Source: Tubiluchus corallicola
Lineage: Eukaryota; Animalia; Priapulida
DNA: 48,493 bases
Direction of reading: 5' to 3'
Assembly: GCA_030141605.1 (NCBI GenBank)
Contig: JAQGDQ010000345.1
Coordinates: 204,062 to 252,554 of the forward strand
The notes under the pieces were generated by a model. The model did no database searches. It had not been told where the DNA came from and worked only from the letters and a program-made list of their open reading frames with translations. Shown here one piece after another: positions 22,401 through 32,821 of the stretch (positions are counted from its first letter, which is position 1; each line of letters opens with the position of its first letter). The translations under genes were made by a program, and so were the position numbers.

Positions 22401-23293
22401 GTCTTAGAGACAGCATAACTTGCCCTGCACTCTTTTCTCTATGCTTTACCTCCCTTTTATGGATTGCCTGAATTGTTTTTATACTAGCTGATATACGTCG
22501 TTAGAAGAAGGAATTAATTTAAAGTAATTTAAAAAAAATTGGCAAATATACCCTGCGTCGTGGCGTTTCACAATGGCCCAGACTTGGTACAGGTTTAGCA
22601 CAAATAAGGAAATGGTTTAGGGACATATTCGAACAGAGAAAATTTTAAACACAAAACTGTCCAGGAGAATCAATAACCATATAAGACTACTGTTTTGTAA
22701 GAAACACTGTCCAACTATAAAAAAATATTTTTGAAAGATCATGATAATGATGACATTAGTGCTGCAGAAATGTTCTAATAGTAATAATAGGCTTAATGCT
22801 ATTACTTTAAAGAAGTAAACATGCTGCATACACTACATTTATATTACTATATACACATTTTTACAACATTTGGATCGGGTTTGGCTGTTAATTAGATAAT
22901 ATTCGGATTAACACCAGGAATCCATTATTATTCTATATCAGGCATAATACTTAGTAGTTGTCAAACTACAATCTAAGGTTTAAGGAAGCATCGCACCTGG
23001 CAAAGCTGGGGTGATTTAAATTTTCGCAAGGATCATTGTGAACACTATAAAATCATACAATATTTATTGTGTCCGACTAAATGCAGTCATTTCTCTTTTT
23101 TTTCACTAAACTTATTAAAAAAACGTATTATTTTTGCCACAAAATCAATGCTAACTGAAATTTCCTATTTTGCTTTTATTGTGAAAAGTATGGAGAGTTT
23201 AGAAGTATAACTAAAACAGTACTGACTGATAAATCAGGCCTAACGCGGCCAAACATACCAGCAATTTAACGTAAAAACGCGAATCACTGTCAT
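7207..23293 (-). CDS. SMPD2: Neutral sphingomyelinase (sphingomyelin phosphodiesterase 2-like), 5' five coding exons; 3' part outside the window
   Basis: Exons 23293-23259, 12093-11991, 10450-10374, 8565-8382 and 7422-7207, all GT-AG and phase-consistent. They splice to MTVIRVFTLNCWGIP...DIAVLEEVWS...SGFIGAGLCIFSK...YSLNGY..KVQHGDWFGGK...THLHAQY...HRVVQAFE...GDLN. Confidence 0.92.
7498..8135. mobile_element. Kolobok-like non-autonomous DNA element with TTAA TSD, inserted into the TIR of a Tigger-like MITE
   Basis: TTAA|AGGACAAGAAAA ... TTTTCTTGTGCT|TTAA. The flanks rejoin into the sequence seen intact at 30568. A partial second copy lies at about 28225-28572. Confidence 0.75.
8382..8565 (-). 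CDS. SMPD2: SMPD2 coding exon 4 (GFIGAGLCIFSK...HGDWFGGK...VYATH)
   Basis: ccgtag acceptor, CAC|gtaagt donor; P-loop-like DWFGGK motif. Confidence 0.93.
8720..9777 (+). repeat. 113-bp tandem array, about 9.4 copies, LINE-derived
   Basis: Unit TTAAATGGTCTGACAGAATATCCAATGATG...CATACACTAAGA; the ORF-track offsets are 113. Confidence 0.97.
9778..10081. mobile_element. hAT-like MITE interrupting the end of the 113-bp array
   Basis: TIR CATAGGCATAC / GTACGCCTGTG; degenerate 8-bp TSD gtatgatg / gcatgacg. Confidence 0.7.
10374..10450 (-). CDS. SMPD2: SMPD2 coding exon 3 (VWSTGDFKKLVSKTNATLPYSYYFH-S)
   Basis: ttttctcag acceptor, AG|gtgagg donor; phases match both neighbours. Confidence 0.88.
10843..11420 (-). 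mobile_element. LINE (L2/CR1-like) 3' remnant with stem-loop and (AAACT)n tail
   Basis: (TAGTT)n at 10843-10870 on the plus strand; hairpin AGTGGGCT...AGCCCACT at about 10996-11032. Confidence 0.5.
11436..11831. mobile_element. hAT-like MITE rich in TTCGAA repeats
   Basis: TIR TAGGGGTGAGCATT / AATGCTCACCCGTA; perfect 8-bp TSD ATGGGTAA. Confidence 0.85.
11991..12093 (-). CDS. SMPD2: SMPD2 coding exon 2 (GIPLSFASKHRSERFNAVGDLLAKGDYDIAVLEE)
   Basis: tag|G acceptor, GAG|gtacgt donor; contains the metal-binding Glu motif. Confidence 0.9.
12560..13464. mobile_element. pogo/Tigger-like MITE carrying an internal retroposon tail
   Basis: TA|CAGTAAACTCCGCGTAACT ... AGTTAAGCAGAGTTTACTG|TA; internal AACTCAAA repeats. 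Confidence 0.75.
12920..13087 (+). repeat. (ATGTCT/ATGTCC)n hexamer microsatellite
   Basis: About 28 direct copies. Confidence 0.98.
13472..13858. mobile_element. hAT-like MITE with GC-rich subterminal GGCCTC repeats
   Basis: TIR CAGGGCTTATTTCA / TGAAATAGGCCCTG; perfect TSD GTATTACC. Confidence 0.88.
14138..14597 (+). repeat. 72-83-bp minisatellite, about 6 copies
   Basis: Unit AGACTGAAGTTAGTGTAGACTGGTTCACTCTGGTGGTTGAAACAAAGAATATGAAATTGTGTTGAACTGTGG; unit lengths 72, 74, 83, 72, 83, 73. Confidence 0.95.
14912..15344. mobile_element. hAT (Charlie-like) MITE with GCGGCCC repeats
   Basis: TIR CAGGGGTGTGCAAA / TTTGCACACCCCTG; perfect TSD CTTTAAAT. Partial copies at about 21080-21285 (inverted) and about 31830-31965. 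Confidence 0.9.
17254..17752 (+). mobile_element. hAT Charlie/Buster internal-deletion derivative retaining the transposase C-terminus
   Basis: TIR CAGTGGTTCTTAACCT / AGGTTAAGAACCACTG; perfect TSD ACTTAGAC. Encodes YPVIAKKTLDFFIPFVTTYLCEQSFSRMLDIKTKKRNRL...DMRVALAKVKPRISELVSQRQQQKSH*. Confidence 0.92.
17894..18763 (-). CDS. ELP5: Elongator complex protein 5, uninterrupted 289-aa ORF nested in SMPD2 intron 1
   Basis: C-terminus SFKILLTDQEKQARSRLVLPY...GGRIFYHPDEADDFDEEDPDDDLDI is the ELP5 signature; central VHADLH...LEHVASTIV. Splice acceptor 51 nt upstream of the ATG (exon start 18814). Confidence 0.92.
   Translation of the reverse strand: MVLDAIINGKEVSDICLITDTVSQSSLSLLKCFLVSTARRYGTIKLILSESSAQNFLKGLDDDTISKTTVYDGWSDPCGVFERKKDLFEKVEKDLDLLDAPAVVFVHTLSHLLLHEPLSVVCSSLLRLSSHKSCDQLIINVHADLHGEGVIAQLEHVASTIVNVKKDRQCAVLLKKPSGKIIRGLEEVAIGDGYVLESCVPVIAGKLSAMSFREDRVAGPSDHMSFKILLTDQEKQARSRLVLPYTQVRDKEQSFETSERGSGEGGRIFYHPDEADDFDEEDPDDDLDI
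18851..19307. mobile_element. piggyBac-like MITE, copy 1
   Basis: TTAA|CCCTTTCA ... TGAAAGGG|TTAA; internal palindrome GTATCCCACGGGATAC occurs twice; near-identical copy at 43706. Confidence 0.9.
19839..20087 (+). mobile_element. tRNA-derived SINE, 5'-truncated copy
   Basis: B box GAGTTCGAACC, body shared with the 32473 copy, (TTA)n tail. Confidence 0.85.
21927..22401 (-). mobile_element. hAT-like MITE family A, copy 1 (inverted)
   Basis: TIR CAGGGATGAGAAT / ATTCTCATCCCTG; TSD TCTTAGAC / TCTTAGAG. Confidence 0.9.
23259..23293 (-). CDS. SMPD2: SMPD2 coding exon 1 (MTVIRVFTLNC-W)
   Basis: ATG with an in-frame upstream TGA; TLNCW motif; donor TG|gtatgt; phase 2 matches exon 2. Confidence 0.85.
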
Positions 23294-26200
23294 TTCAATT
23301 CTTCACTAGTTCGAGTTAAAAAACTGTACATTTCTTGAACGTAGCATTCAAAAGCAGTAACAGTTCGCGAACTATACGATATTCCCAACAATTCAAATAA
23401 GAAAAATTCTTAACCTAACCAACGCACCACGCCAGAAATACGAGTTATCATCCCTAGAGGGTGGACAACCGTACAATTTCAATTCTATTCAGTACAGTTT
23501 ATTTCCTCATATACCTTTCTGAACATATTCCGGCCGTTTGTGGGAGAGCATCTTTTAATTGTCTTTTGATATTTTGACCATATTTTCACTCGTCCTACCA
23601 TACAAAAGTAATGATACTTGGCTAAAAAATCAAACACTTTCTAGCCTTTACTCCTGACAACTTTTAACTAAAAGTTAAAGTCAATAAGAGTTTGCAATGA
23701 AAATTCAAGTTTGAAACATAGATTTTCTTTCTTTTTTAGTTGCATCTTTCACTGATTGACCCTCTTATGCTAGTTCTTCCTCTGCCTTTGCTTTCTGTGC
23801 TTGTTTTTTGGAAAACAAATCTAGCTCTGGTTGCACAGATTTTATGCTGCTAACCTGTCATTTTAACACTATAAAACCTTAAGAACATCCTGTCTCATTT
23901 CTGAACTTCGTTCTCAATGTGGGCTATTTTAAAAAAAAATCAAAGTTGAGCGTCAATATAGTATTTAAAAGCTTCGTGCTGATGTTTAACACTAGCCATT
24001 TCTGTTTAGCACACCTGCTAAGTACACTTAGCGTTATTGATTCTCCCGTAACATGCATGCATGCATGCATGAGTAGAACACAGCTATAATTAATCCAATA
24101 TTATAATGTGACAGATTTTTATCAGGAAAAACTCATCTCTATGCACATCGGGGAAAGCGTCAGAAATTAGCGAGTGGTCAGCAATGAAGCATCACTGACC
24201 CCTAAGTAAGGCAAATTATTACTAAGGTGATTTCTCTTAATAGGGCTTTCTCATAAAATGCAAGTGCGGTAAATAAAATGTTCCACTAATTGTTGGGTAA
24301 AGAAATCATAATTAAAGTGAAACATGTGTCGTTCAGTGAATGAAAGGTGTCGAAAGAATAGCGTCATTAAAACGAAATGTCATTAAACGAGGAGTCTTTA
24401 AGCGAGGGCTTACTGTATAATTTAAAATATTAAACTTTAGATTACCACTACATCTGATACAGTAATTTCTTAGCAGTATCTCTACTTGCGTCACATTAAC
24501 TCCTATAAATTGGCAATAAAGTTCCACGTCCGTTTCTGGAAAAGCATATTTTCTAACAATAAAATTAGTCCTAATTAAAACAATTTCATGATTATATTTA
24601 CTTGTGCCAATTTTACCAAATACTTCCAAGAAATACAATAATTACTGCAACTCATAATACATAATTACATGATGCAGAAGGATCAGTGAAAAAAAAACAA
24701 ATTATTGGGTGAGCTACCTTATGACAACATGACAACTTGGGGCAAAAAATTGCTTCATTTCGGGAATTTACAGTTTATGTTGTGAAAAACAAACAAAAAT
24801 AATAACAAGAGAATGAGTCGTTGCTTAAAAACTTGAAGCAAAAAATCTGCTAGGACTTATAGACAAAACTTAAAGAAAAATAAATGTCAAAAGATAAAAC
24901 TTGGGCAAGAAAAGAAAATTATAATAATCCTTATAAAATTAGTCACATGAATAAAAATGATTTCGTCAACTAATTCTGGTAACTAACTATGACATAATTA
25001 TGGCAGTTTGTGAGCATTTAAACTTTGATGGTTAGAAGGTCAGTAAGATAGTACTACAAATGGAGAATAAGCGAAATGGTGAATAATAGCTTATTAATGT
25101 GTATACATTACACACTTTGCCACCTCGGAGGTTAAGCAAGCATCAACAAGTAGCGCCCATTCGTAAGATCACGTTGATTTTGACAGATAACGTTTGCAAC
25201 ATTAAGAAAATTCAAAAGCTTACACTTCTTTAATTATAACTCATACGATAGATTTAATTGATTAATGGAAAGAGTCGTGTAACGTGAGCATGAACGGAGC
25301 GCCGTTTCGCGGCTATTGTGCAAACTAATTTACTCGTCAATTACTTTTCAACTTTCTTCTCAACTAAAACTTCCTGACACAGCAGTCAGTCAGAAGTTTC
25401 TCATTATTCTGTGATTTATCGCAAAATTTTTCAAGTATTTCGGTGTTTAATTAATATTCCAACGAACGGATAATCACGCGGTTGTAAGCGTTAGATATAC
25501 CTTTGCAATGGATGGATATATTTAGTTGTACAAGATACTCAAAATGTTAGCGTTCCAGTTGCAGATTCGTGACTAACTTTTGCAGTCTCTGGAATTCGCT
25601 AACCTAATTAGGTACAGATGTCATACTGATTATGTAGCACAGTAATGCGGGTTTGTGGAAGAGACTTTAGAATTAAGGCTTTGTTAATTTTATTTATTAA
25701 AACGTAGTACGTAGTGAAATTTTATTGCTATAGCGATGTGTTTCTCAATTTACTGCCTGAATGTGTTACTGAATGCATACCCAGGTAATAGTAAAACCTT
25801 TCCTAGGCCTTGCAAATTTGATATGACTAACACGGTACTTTGTAAATCATGCATGCTGTAGCATTACAGATAGCATAATTTTTTACTTAAAAAAACTACA
25901 TTTAAGATTTCATTTGACAATTTAAATACAACATTGTATTACTGTGAGAGCACAGCTATTTGTTAGAGCCTTCAATTTGATAAAGTTAGCGCATTATAAC
26001 GAGGAAGAAGTAATGTTTATTCGTGAATAATGAATAATTCTAGATGGTTATTTGTTGTAATAATGATGAAGTAATAGTTGAAGTAGTAGTTGCAGATGTC
26101 TAATTAGTGTTTTGATTTTTGATTATACTACGTTTGAGATAACTATAATAGTGACAAACGTACACACAATTTCTTTATAAGAAAAGAAACTAGGATGGCC

Positions 26201-28667
26201 ACAAAAAAATTTTGTTTCTCTCTTACCTCATGACCTCAAAAGATGTCAGTAAAGGGAGGGAGGGAAATGTTTTTCAAAGAATTTTTAAAGTTTTATGAAT
26301 ATTTAACTTTATTTCACGAATCGTGAAATATTTAAAATCAGTCGAATAGTTTTATTTCCCACTGATTAGCAGTAATGTTTTAAGTTTTCTCAATGCACAT
26401 GTTTTCACGATTTGTTTTTTAGTTTCGAATTGTCAAATTCTTGTATAATCATCGATTATTCTTTTAGTCTCTTTTTTGTATCATGCATGTGTATGTTTTG
26501 CTAATTATGGTATAAGTGGCAACACTTCTTGGCCATTAATACACCAATTTGGTGAAAATTTGATACTTTTTAGCCTCCAGTACAATGAACATCAAACAAA
26601 ACGGCAATCCTGGCCGAGAGTTAGCCGTGGAAAAACATGGCAGCGTCCTGCGTTCCCCGAAAGAACGATGTTATAACAATTACTGCATTTCAGGTTCTAA
26701 ATTAAAAAATACACTTTTATATAGATAATTAAAAATACACTTGACCGCGTCATATAAGTATATGAATGTGGAAAAAAAATTATACAATTCCCGGACGGGT
26801 GCGCGATAAAAAATATTAACTGCCGATTAGACAGAAACGAAAGTACTTTTATTGTCAGCTCTACTTGCACCTTGGAAGCTTTTGTAATTCATTATTCCAG
26901 AATGTTTTTGGAGTGTATTGTTCTCGTCAACTGTGCAGGCCACCCTGAAGTTTTGACGGGAGCTGTCAGCGCACTTTCAAAATTTTTATTCTTGCAGATC
27001 TAATCACTGGATAGCTATTACGACCTTATGTGACACCGATGCTATTATTTCCACTCTTGCATACAATGACTTTGTGTAACCTGATGTATTAAACATAGTA
27101 TAAATAAATGTCTGCCATGTATTTACTCTATCATAAGGCATGGTAGCGCATGATAAATATTAACACCATTTTTCTCTAATAGTATATTCTACACTAAAAT
27201 ATAATGTAGAGTATATAGTTTAAATACCGAGTTCAGGTATTTGTCAACAATTTCCATTCATTTAATTAAATTGCTGTACAAATTCTTCAGTAAATTTGCA
27301 GCTCAAATGTATGTTACGGAGGTAAGGTACACCTTTCTATATCTTTGATATTGTGTAATCATCAATGCTAATCCTAAAGAATTTTAAGATACTTTTACTT
27401 TCAACTCTTTTCTTCATCACTAAACATACATGTTTATCCAATTTTGCTAGCTACAAGCAAAAAATAATTTTTTTTCTTCCTTTGGCTCTAGGTCCTCTTA
27501 ATATTAATTTTAAATACGTAATGGTGAAATTATTATCCATAAGTTATCTTCTTTCCCATTATTGAACATTGTTTTATTAGAAATTAACACATTCGTATAA
27601 TAATTCAATTTTCATTTGTCTTAAATGCAAAATCTGATAATTTTTAATTACCTGGTACATGCGCATTAACTAATTAATTATATTAGTAACAATCCTGAGA
27701 GGGTGGCTGACCTCGATAACTTATAGTTCTTTTGCCACCCTTTCACTACTAATCAATAATTACTTTTGCACTTTGTAATATTATTGTATGTTGTACAGAT
27801 TTATAAATCTCTTAGTTATGTATTTTGCTATTTTAAAAATGGTGATAAACTAATAAACTTACTTACTTGCTTGCTTACTTTCTCGCTTAATATTTGGGTT
27901 ACTGCTTTCCACACAAATCTATATTACTTGGAATTTCACCTACCTGTTGAAAAGACTTACTGTGACGTGTTCTTATCTGTGGCTAACAGTTTAATGTTTG
28001 GTCTTACTAAGATTTCCCTTATTATTTAAGCGGGCTCACCACGAGGTAGAAGTTACGTAATATGGGATTTGCTTTGTTCACATGATTATCTAAACTGATG
28101 CTCTTTTAATAAACGTTTGTTTTAGTATTCACTAATTATTCAACTGTTGTGGCTGTATCTTGCAAACGTTACACTTACGTAACTAGAAATAATCATTTAA
28201 AATGTCTCGTGCTAATTGGGGAAAATGCCGCTGACTCACCATCCAGGGTGCGCCACTCACTAACCAAAAACATGTCTTTAATCTTATTGACAAGATACAG
28301 TAATTTAAAATTTTACTTAATTAGTTACATGTGGGTCACACGTGCTGCGATTATTTTTTCAAACTTCACACAGCGTTATCTAAGCTTGTTTCAAACAACC
28401 TACCGTCAAAGTAGTTACACCTAACGGTTATCATTGGAGTTTAAATTTACAAGTTTTATTCAGCGTTACTGTCGATGCAAGCCCTGTGTGCAATAATGCA
28501 GTATGTAAGTGGTATAAAATTTAAAGACGAATTTTTTTAAGCTTTATATAAGTTGAGGGTTTTCTTGTTCTTTTATAAGTAGTAGCTACGCGTACGTAAT
28601 TATTTTCGTCTGCCTTGAAACCCTGGTGTGCTGATCAGAGACCAACCATAACTGAAACAGTATTGTG

Positions 28668-29190
28668 CAGGGATGAGAATTTTCTGCGGATACGTGGAAT
28701 TCCGAGTTTTTTGAAGACCAGTATTGCCATTTTTGTAAATCGCGTAAATTCTTTGAGAAAGTTTGTATTTCACCCAGTACATTATTTCACAAGCTGACCG
28801 GTAGTTGGCAGGCCGTTACTTTGTTTACATCATGTACATCAGTGTAACCACGTGTTTATCTCTATGTATAAAAATATAGAATCAATGGTGCAGAGTTATT
28901 TGAGTCAATTGCAGACAGTTTTTATATATTTTTGCATAGGAGTGGCCAGTACTTAGGCGTTTTTGAGACAATTAGGTATCATGTATCCTTGATAGTTGGG
29001 TATTTAAAATTATGCATGAAACAAAGTAATTGATATTTTAAGTCCACTTAGAGGCTCTCTATGGTCACAAAATTGCAATTTGTTGCTGGCTCCAAGGGGG
29101 CTTTGCCCCTCAACCCCATTGGGGGTCTACGCAGCCCCCAAATCCCCGGCCTGTTTCAGAGTTTTTTGCAATTTGTCATTCTCATCCCTG
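28668..29190 (+). mobile_element. hAT-like MITE family A, copy 2
   Basis: Same TIR; perfect TSD GTATTGTG. Confidence 0.92.
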
Positions 29191-29574
29191 GTATTGTGGG
29201 ATCAGTAAGTGAGTAGCAAGGCGATTGATTAAGTATGCTACTGATTGTCCATGGGTGCCTTATTCTATTACCACAGTAATGGCAGCATCCTGGCATTAGA
29301 CAGTAGGAAAATGGTACAAAGAGAAGTCACTAATTTAAAAGGACAACTACTTTTTACTTTCTAATTTATTTTATTCGTTTATTAATTTATTTATTAGTTA
29401 AGGGTTTACTTAGTTTGCTTGCAAAGCAGGTGAATTCTCACTTGCCTGATTGGCCACTCTGAAAACCAGTAGGATCTAAAGATTTTGTGAAAATGATTTT
29501 GGGAAATTGGGAGTACAGTAAAGGGTGCTTGTAAATACAAAATAGCGAGGGAGCACAATCACGTCGTTGAAAAG

Positions 29575-30003
29575 CAAGGCTGTGGAGTCAGTCGGCAGTA
29601 AATTTACTGCTAAAGGGGTTGAAATTGTTAAAATTGGTTTTGTAGTTGTGGGACTAGGGAGTATGCTTATTGTTAGAGGAGTCGGTGTTAGGGTTGGTAA
29701 AAAATAGAGAAACTCAAATTCCATTTAGTTTTAACTTTCTACTTTTATGCATAATTTCCAATTTTGGGACATGGGTGTCTATGCAGCTAGACTGTTTTTC
29801 GAGCATAAGAAGTAGTGATGAAATAAATATTGAGAGTACTAGAAACCATTACTTAAAGGCAGGAGTCGGAGTTTGGGCTCCTAAAGTTTTAGGAGTCGGG
29901 GTTGGATCCAAAATTTTGGGAGCTGGAGCCAGAGTTGGATCTTCTAAAATCCTAGGAGTCGGAATCATAGTCAGGAGTTTAATGTACCGACTCCGCAGCC
30001 ATG
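29575..30003. mobile_element. Degenerate hAT-like MITE with GGAGTCGG repeats
   Basis: CAAGGCTGTGGAGTC ... GACTCCGCAGCCATG; flanks TTGAAAAG / TTGTGAAAAG. Confidence 0.65.
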
Positions 30004-30567
30004 TTGTGAAAAGGCAAGCGCTGTTTCAGTGCAAACAAATTACATTTCTATAGTGAAATAACGTCAAGAGATGAGTTACAAGATCACAAATTTATGCATG
30101 GCTGTATCAACATTTAATCGTGAACCAAGATTATTTTTCTTAGAAATCCAACAGACATCGGCTGTTTTATAGCAGCAAGTAAATTTATTTCAAGTTGTGT
30201 TTGTTGTGAATTCGATAAACAAATTTCAAAGCTTAGATATGACTTTGTATTGGAGTTGAACTTAGATTTTGAGTTGGAGTTTAAATAAAATTGTAGTTAT
30301 TTTATACATTGGGTCTGATTTGATGTCTCTCTTATAAAAAATTTCGACTTAAAATGAATTGGATGTGTTCCAAAATTCTTTAGCGCTTTCTCAACCATCG
30401 CAAAATGCGGATACATCTGGAAATAAATTCCGTTACAAAGAGTGCTGTCTCTTGTTTTGTATAATTGCTAAGTTCTTATTATGTTGCTGTTATTCATAAG
30501 AGGATGGTCAGTTTTTTCTAAGATCAGGCTGTGCTTTGAAAATATCTGAAATTTACATCTTAATATA

Positions 30568-31320
30568 CAGTAAATCCTCGCTTAACGACGTTAATGCGTT
30601 CCAGCAAAATGCAACGTTAAGTGAAACGTCGTTAAACGAAACCAAAACTTCCGTAGAAAGTAACGTAAAACGAATTGAGATACGTTCCAGAAGCAATGCA
30701 TCAATGCTGCTTAAATCATATACATCAAACATTTTATGAGTTTTGTTCATATTTCTACTGATTAATTTCTCTCTGTTTGCTTGAAACCACCTATTTCTCT
30801 TACCAATATCTAGCTAGACTTCCTGGCAGTCTCCTGAAGCCTGTACGTAGACAGTTAGCAGTTAAACACTGCATTGTGAAGCCAAGCCCTGCATGAAGCG
30901 ACCTTGAGACCATTCTAGGTAGTACTAATCTGATTGTATTAGCAACAAGTTGCAGACAAACTTCCTTGGCATAAAGTTTAAACTCGGGTACCTGGAGGCG
31001 TATAAATTGGCGAATAGATTTCACTTGATACAAACAGCTAGAATTTAGTACGTAGTCAATCGGGAAGCAAAAGCTTTATAATAATTGTACTGTTTAGGTT
31101 ACTAATGTGTTTTTAGAACAAAGTAACTAAATTATGCCACTTTAATACTTCAAATTAAACTAAAAAGGTTGTTGACAGACTAACAAATGGCTGTGAGCAA
31201 AGTAAAAAAATCGTCGTTAAAATGAAACGTGCGTCGTTAAGTGAGAAAAAGGTGTCAAATGTTCAGCATCGTTAAAATGAAACATCATTAAACGGGAAGT
31301 CGTTAAGCGAGGACTTTCTG
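30568..31320. mobile_element. pogo/Tigger-like MITE family B
   Basis: TA|CAGTAAATCCTCGCTTAACGAC ... GTCGTTAAGCGAGGACTTTCTG|TA. Related pieces at about 7480-8220, about 24345-24417 and 45416-46445. Confidence 0.85.
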
Positions 31321-31665
31321 TACTGTCATTTTCGAAATATTTACATGTTATATAATTTATGTACACATGACATCATTTTGGATAGTATGTTGAAATTAAA
31401 GTTGATTTACCATTATGCTGTGATCATTTCATTCCTGTTAAAGCTCACGTAAGCTGTGAAATGAGCTCACGGAAAATTAGCATAAGCTCAAAGTTCAGTA
31501 TTATACTTTTTAGTGAGGTGTTTTAACGGTCTTTATATTTGTAGAGCTGACTTTGTATGCATGTTCTGTAATATTGGTAATTTCTCAATGAATTAATTTT
31601 TTAACTTTATGTATTTTTGCTGTCAGGTTCTGATGAAGTGCAGTTACACGTAGCACCGTAGTGTC

Positions 31666-31791
31666 ATGGATACATCACAGAGTAGTGGTCTGCGAGTGTC
31701 GGACGTCGATTCATTGAGCGAGAAGTCGAGTGTTCAGCCACAGAACGAGATAGCTTACGTTCGTATTTTCCTCCCGGAAGCGAATATACAG
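31666..31791 (+). CDS. SHANK: SHANK coding exon 1
   Basis: Acceptor at 31626/31627, ATG 31666, ...AYVRIFLPEANIQ|gtaatg. Confidence 0.8.
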
Positions 31792-32742
31792 GTAATGTCA
31801 TTTAATTACCTGCTAATATTCGTTTACAACAGGGGTGTGCAAAGTGCGGCCCGCCGAGAGAATTTGTGCGGCCCGCTGAGAGAATTTGTGCGGCCTGCGA
31901 AGAGATTTGTCAACCTAATGAAAGTGCGGCCCGGGCGATTAATTGAGTGTATCCAGCTGAAGTCCGTTATAGTGGGATATTCGCGTTTTTTTTTTTCTTG
32001 TTTTGGTTTAATAACTTTACTTTTTCAAAAAAAATTGCAGTTGCTTTACAATTTAAGAAGAAGTTTGTCTTGCTGTTTATACATTCACTGGCTTCCTATG
32101 TTGTTAAAACACACTGTCGTCACGGGGGAGTGCCTGCTCTTGTTGGGAGCCATCATCAAAAATAAGCCAATTTTCACTTTTAGTTCTGTTTAGTAGTTCA
32201 TTCAACAATTCTTTTTGATATTTGAGAGTAGTAGTGTTCTTTTATAAATGCCTAAAATCCGCGTCTTATTATCAAAAATAGATTTGCTATTGTTGATATA
32301 GGCCTAATTATTACCTGTATGGTATACGATTGTTGGCACCAACTTGCAGCAGTATTGAAGGTAAGCGTCATACTTCAGCATTCTGAAAACTCAATTTTCT
32401 GGTAATGTCACACTATTACTGCCAGAACTATATTCTGCTACTAACATCTGATGGTATTATCATCATTATCCAGACCAGACGGTTTAGTCTAATGGTAATG
32501 CGTCTGCTTTCCGTCTGGGACGTCGTGAGTTCGAACCAGCGGCCGGGTCATACCAAAGACTAAAAAAATGGTACCTGCTGTTGCCCTGCCTGACGCGTGG
32601 TATTTAGGGTAAAAGTGGGGTAATAATAGTCTCTGTTATGTAGTTGTAGGTTGTTATTTACAGTCGGCAATAATAGCTCTTTGAGCTAATGTTAATTGTT
32701 GACACAAAAACCGACTTTAAATAAAGATTATTATTATTATTA

Positions 32743-32821
<79 letters not shown>

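Noticed and set aside
31792-32193. C-terminal part of the 175-aa ORF at 31666
   Set aside because: It is read-through past the donor at 31792 into intron and hAT MITE sequence.
32473-32550. tRNA gene
   Set aside because: It has A/B boxes but no clean cloverleaf, and it continues into a repeated SINE body and tail.
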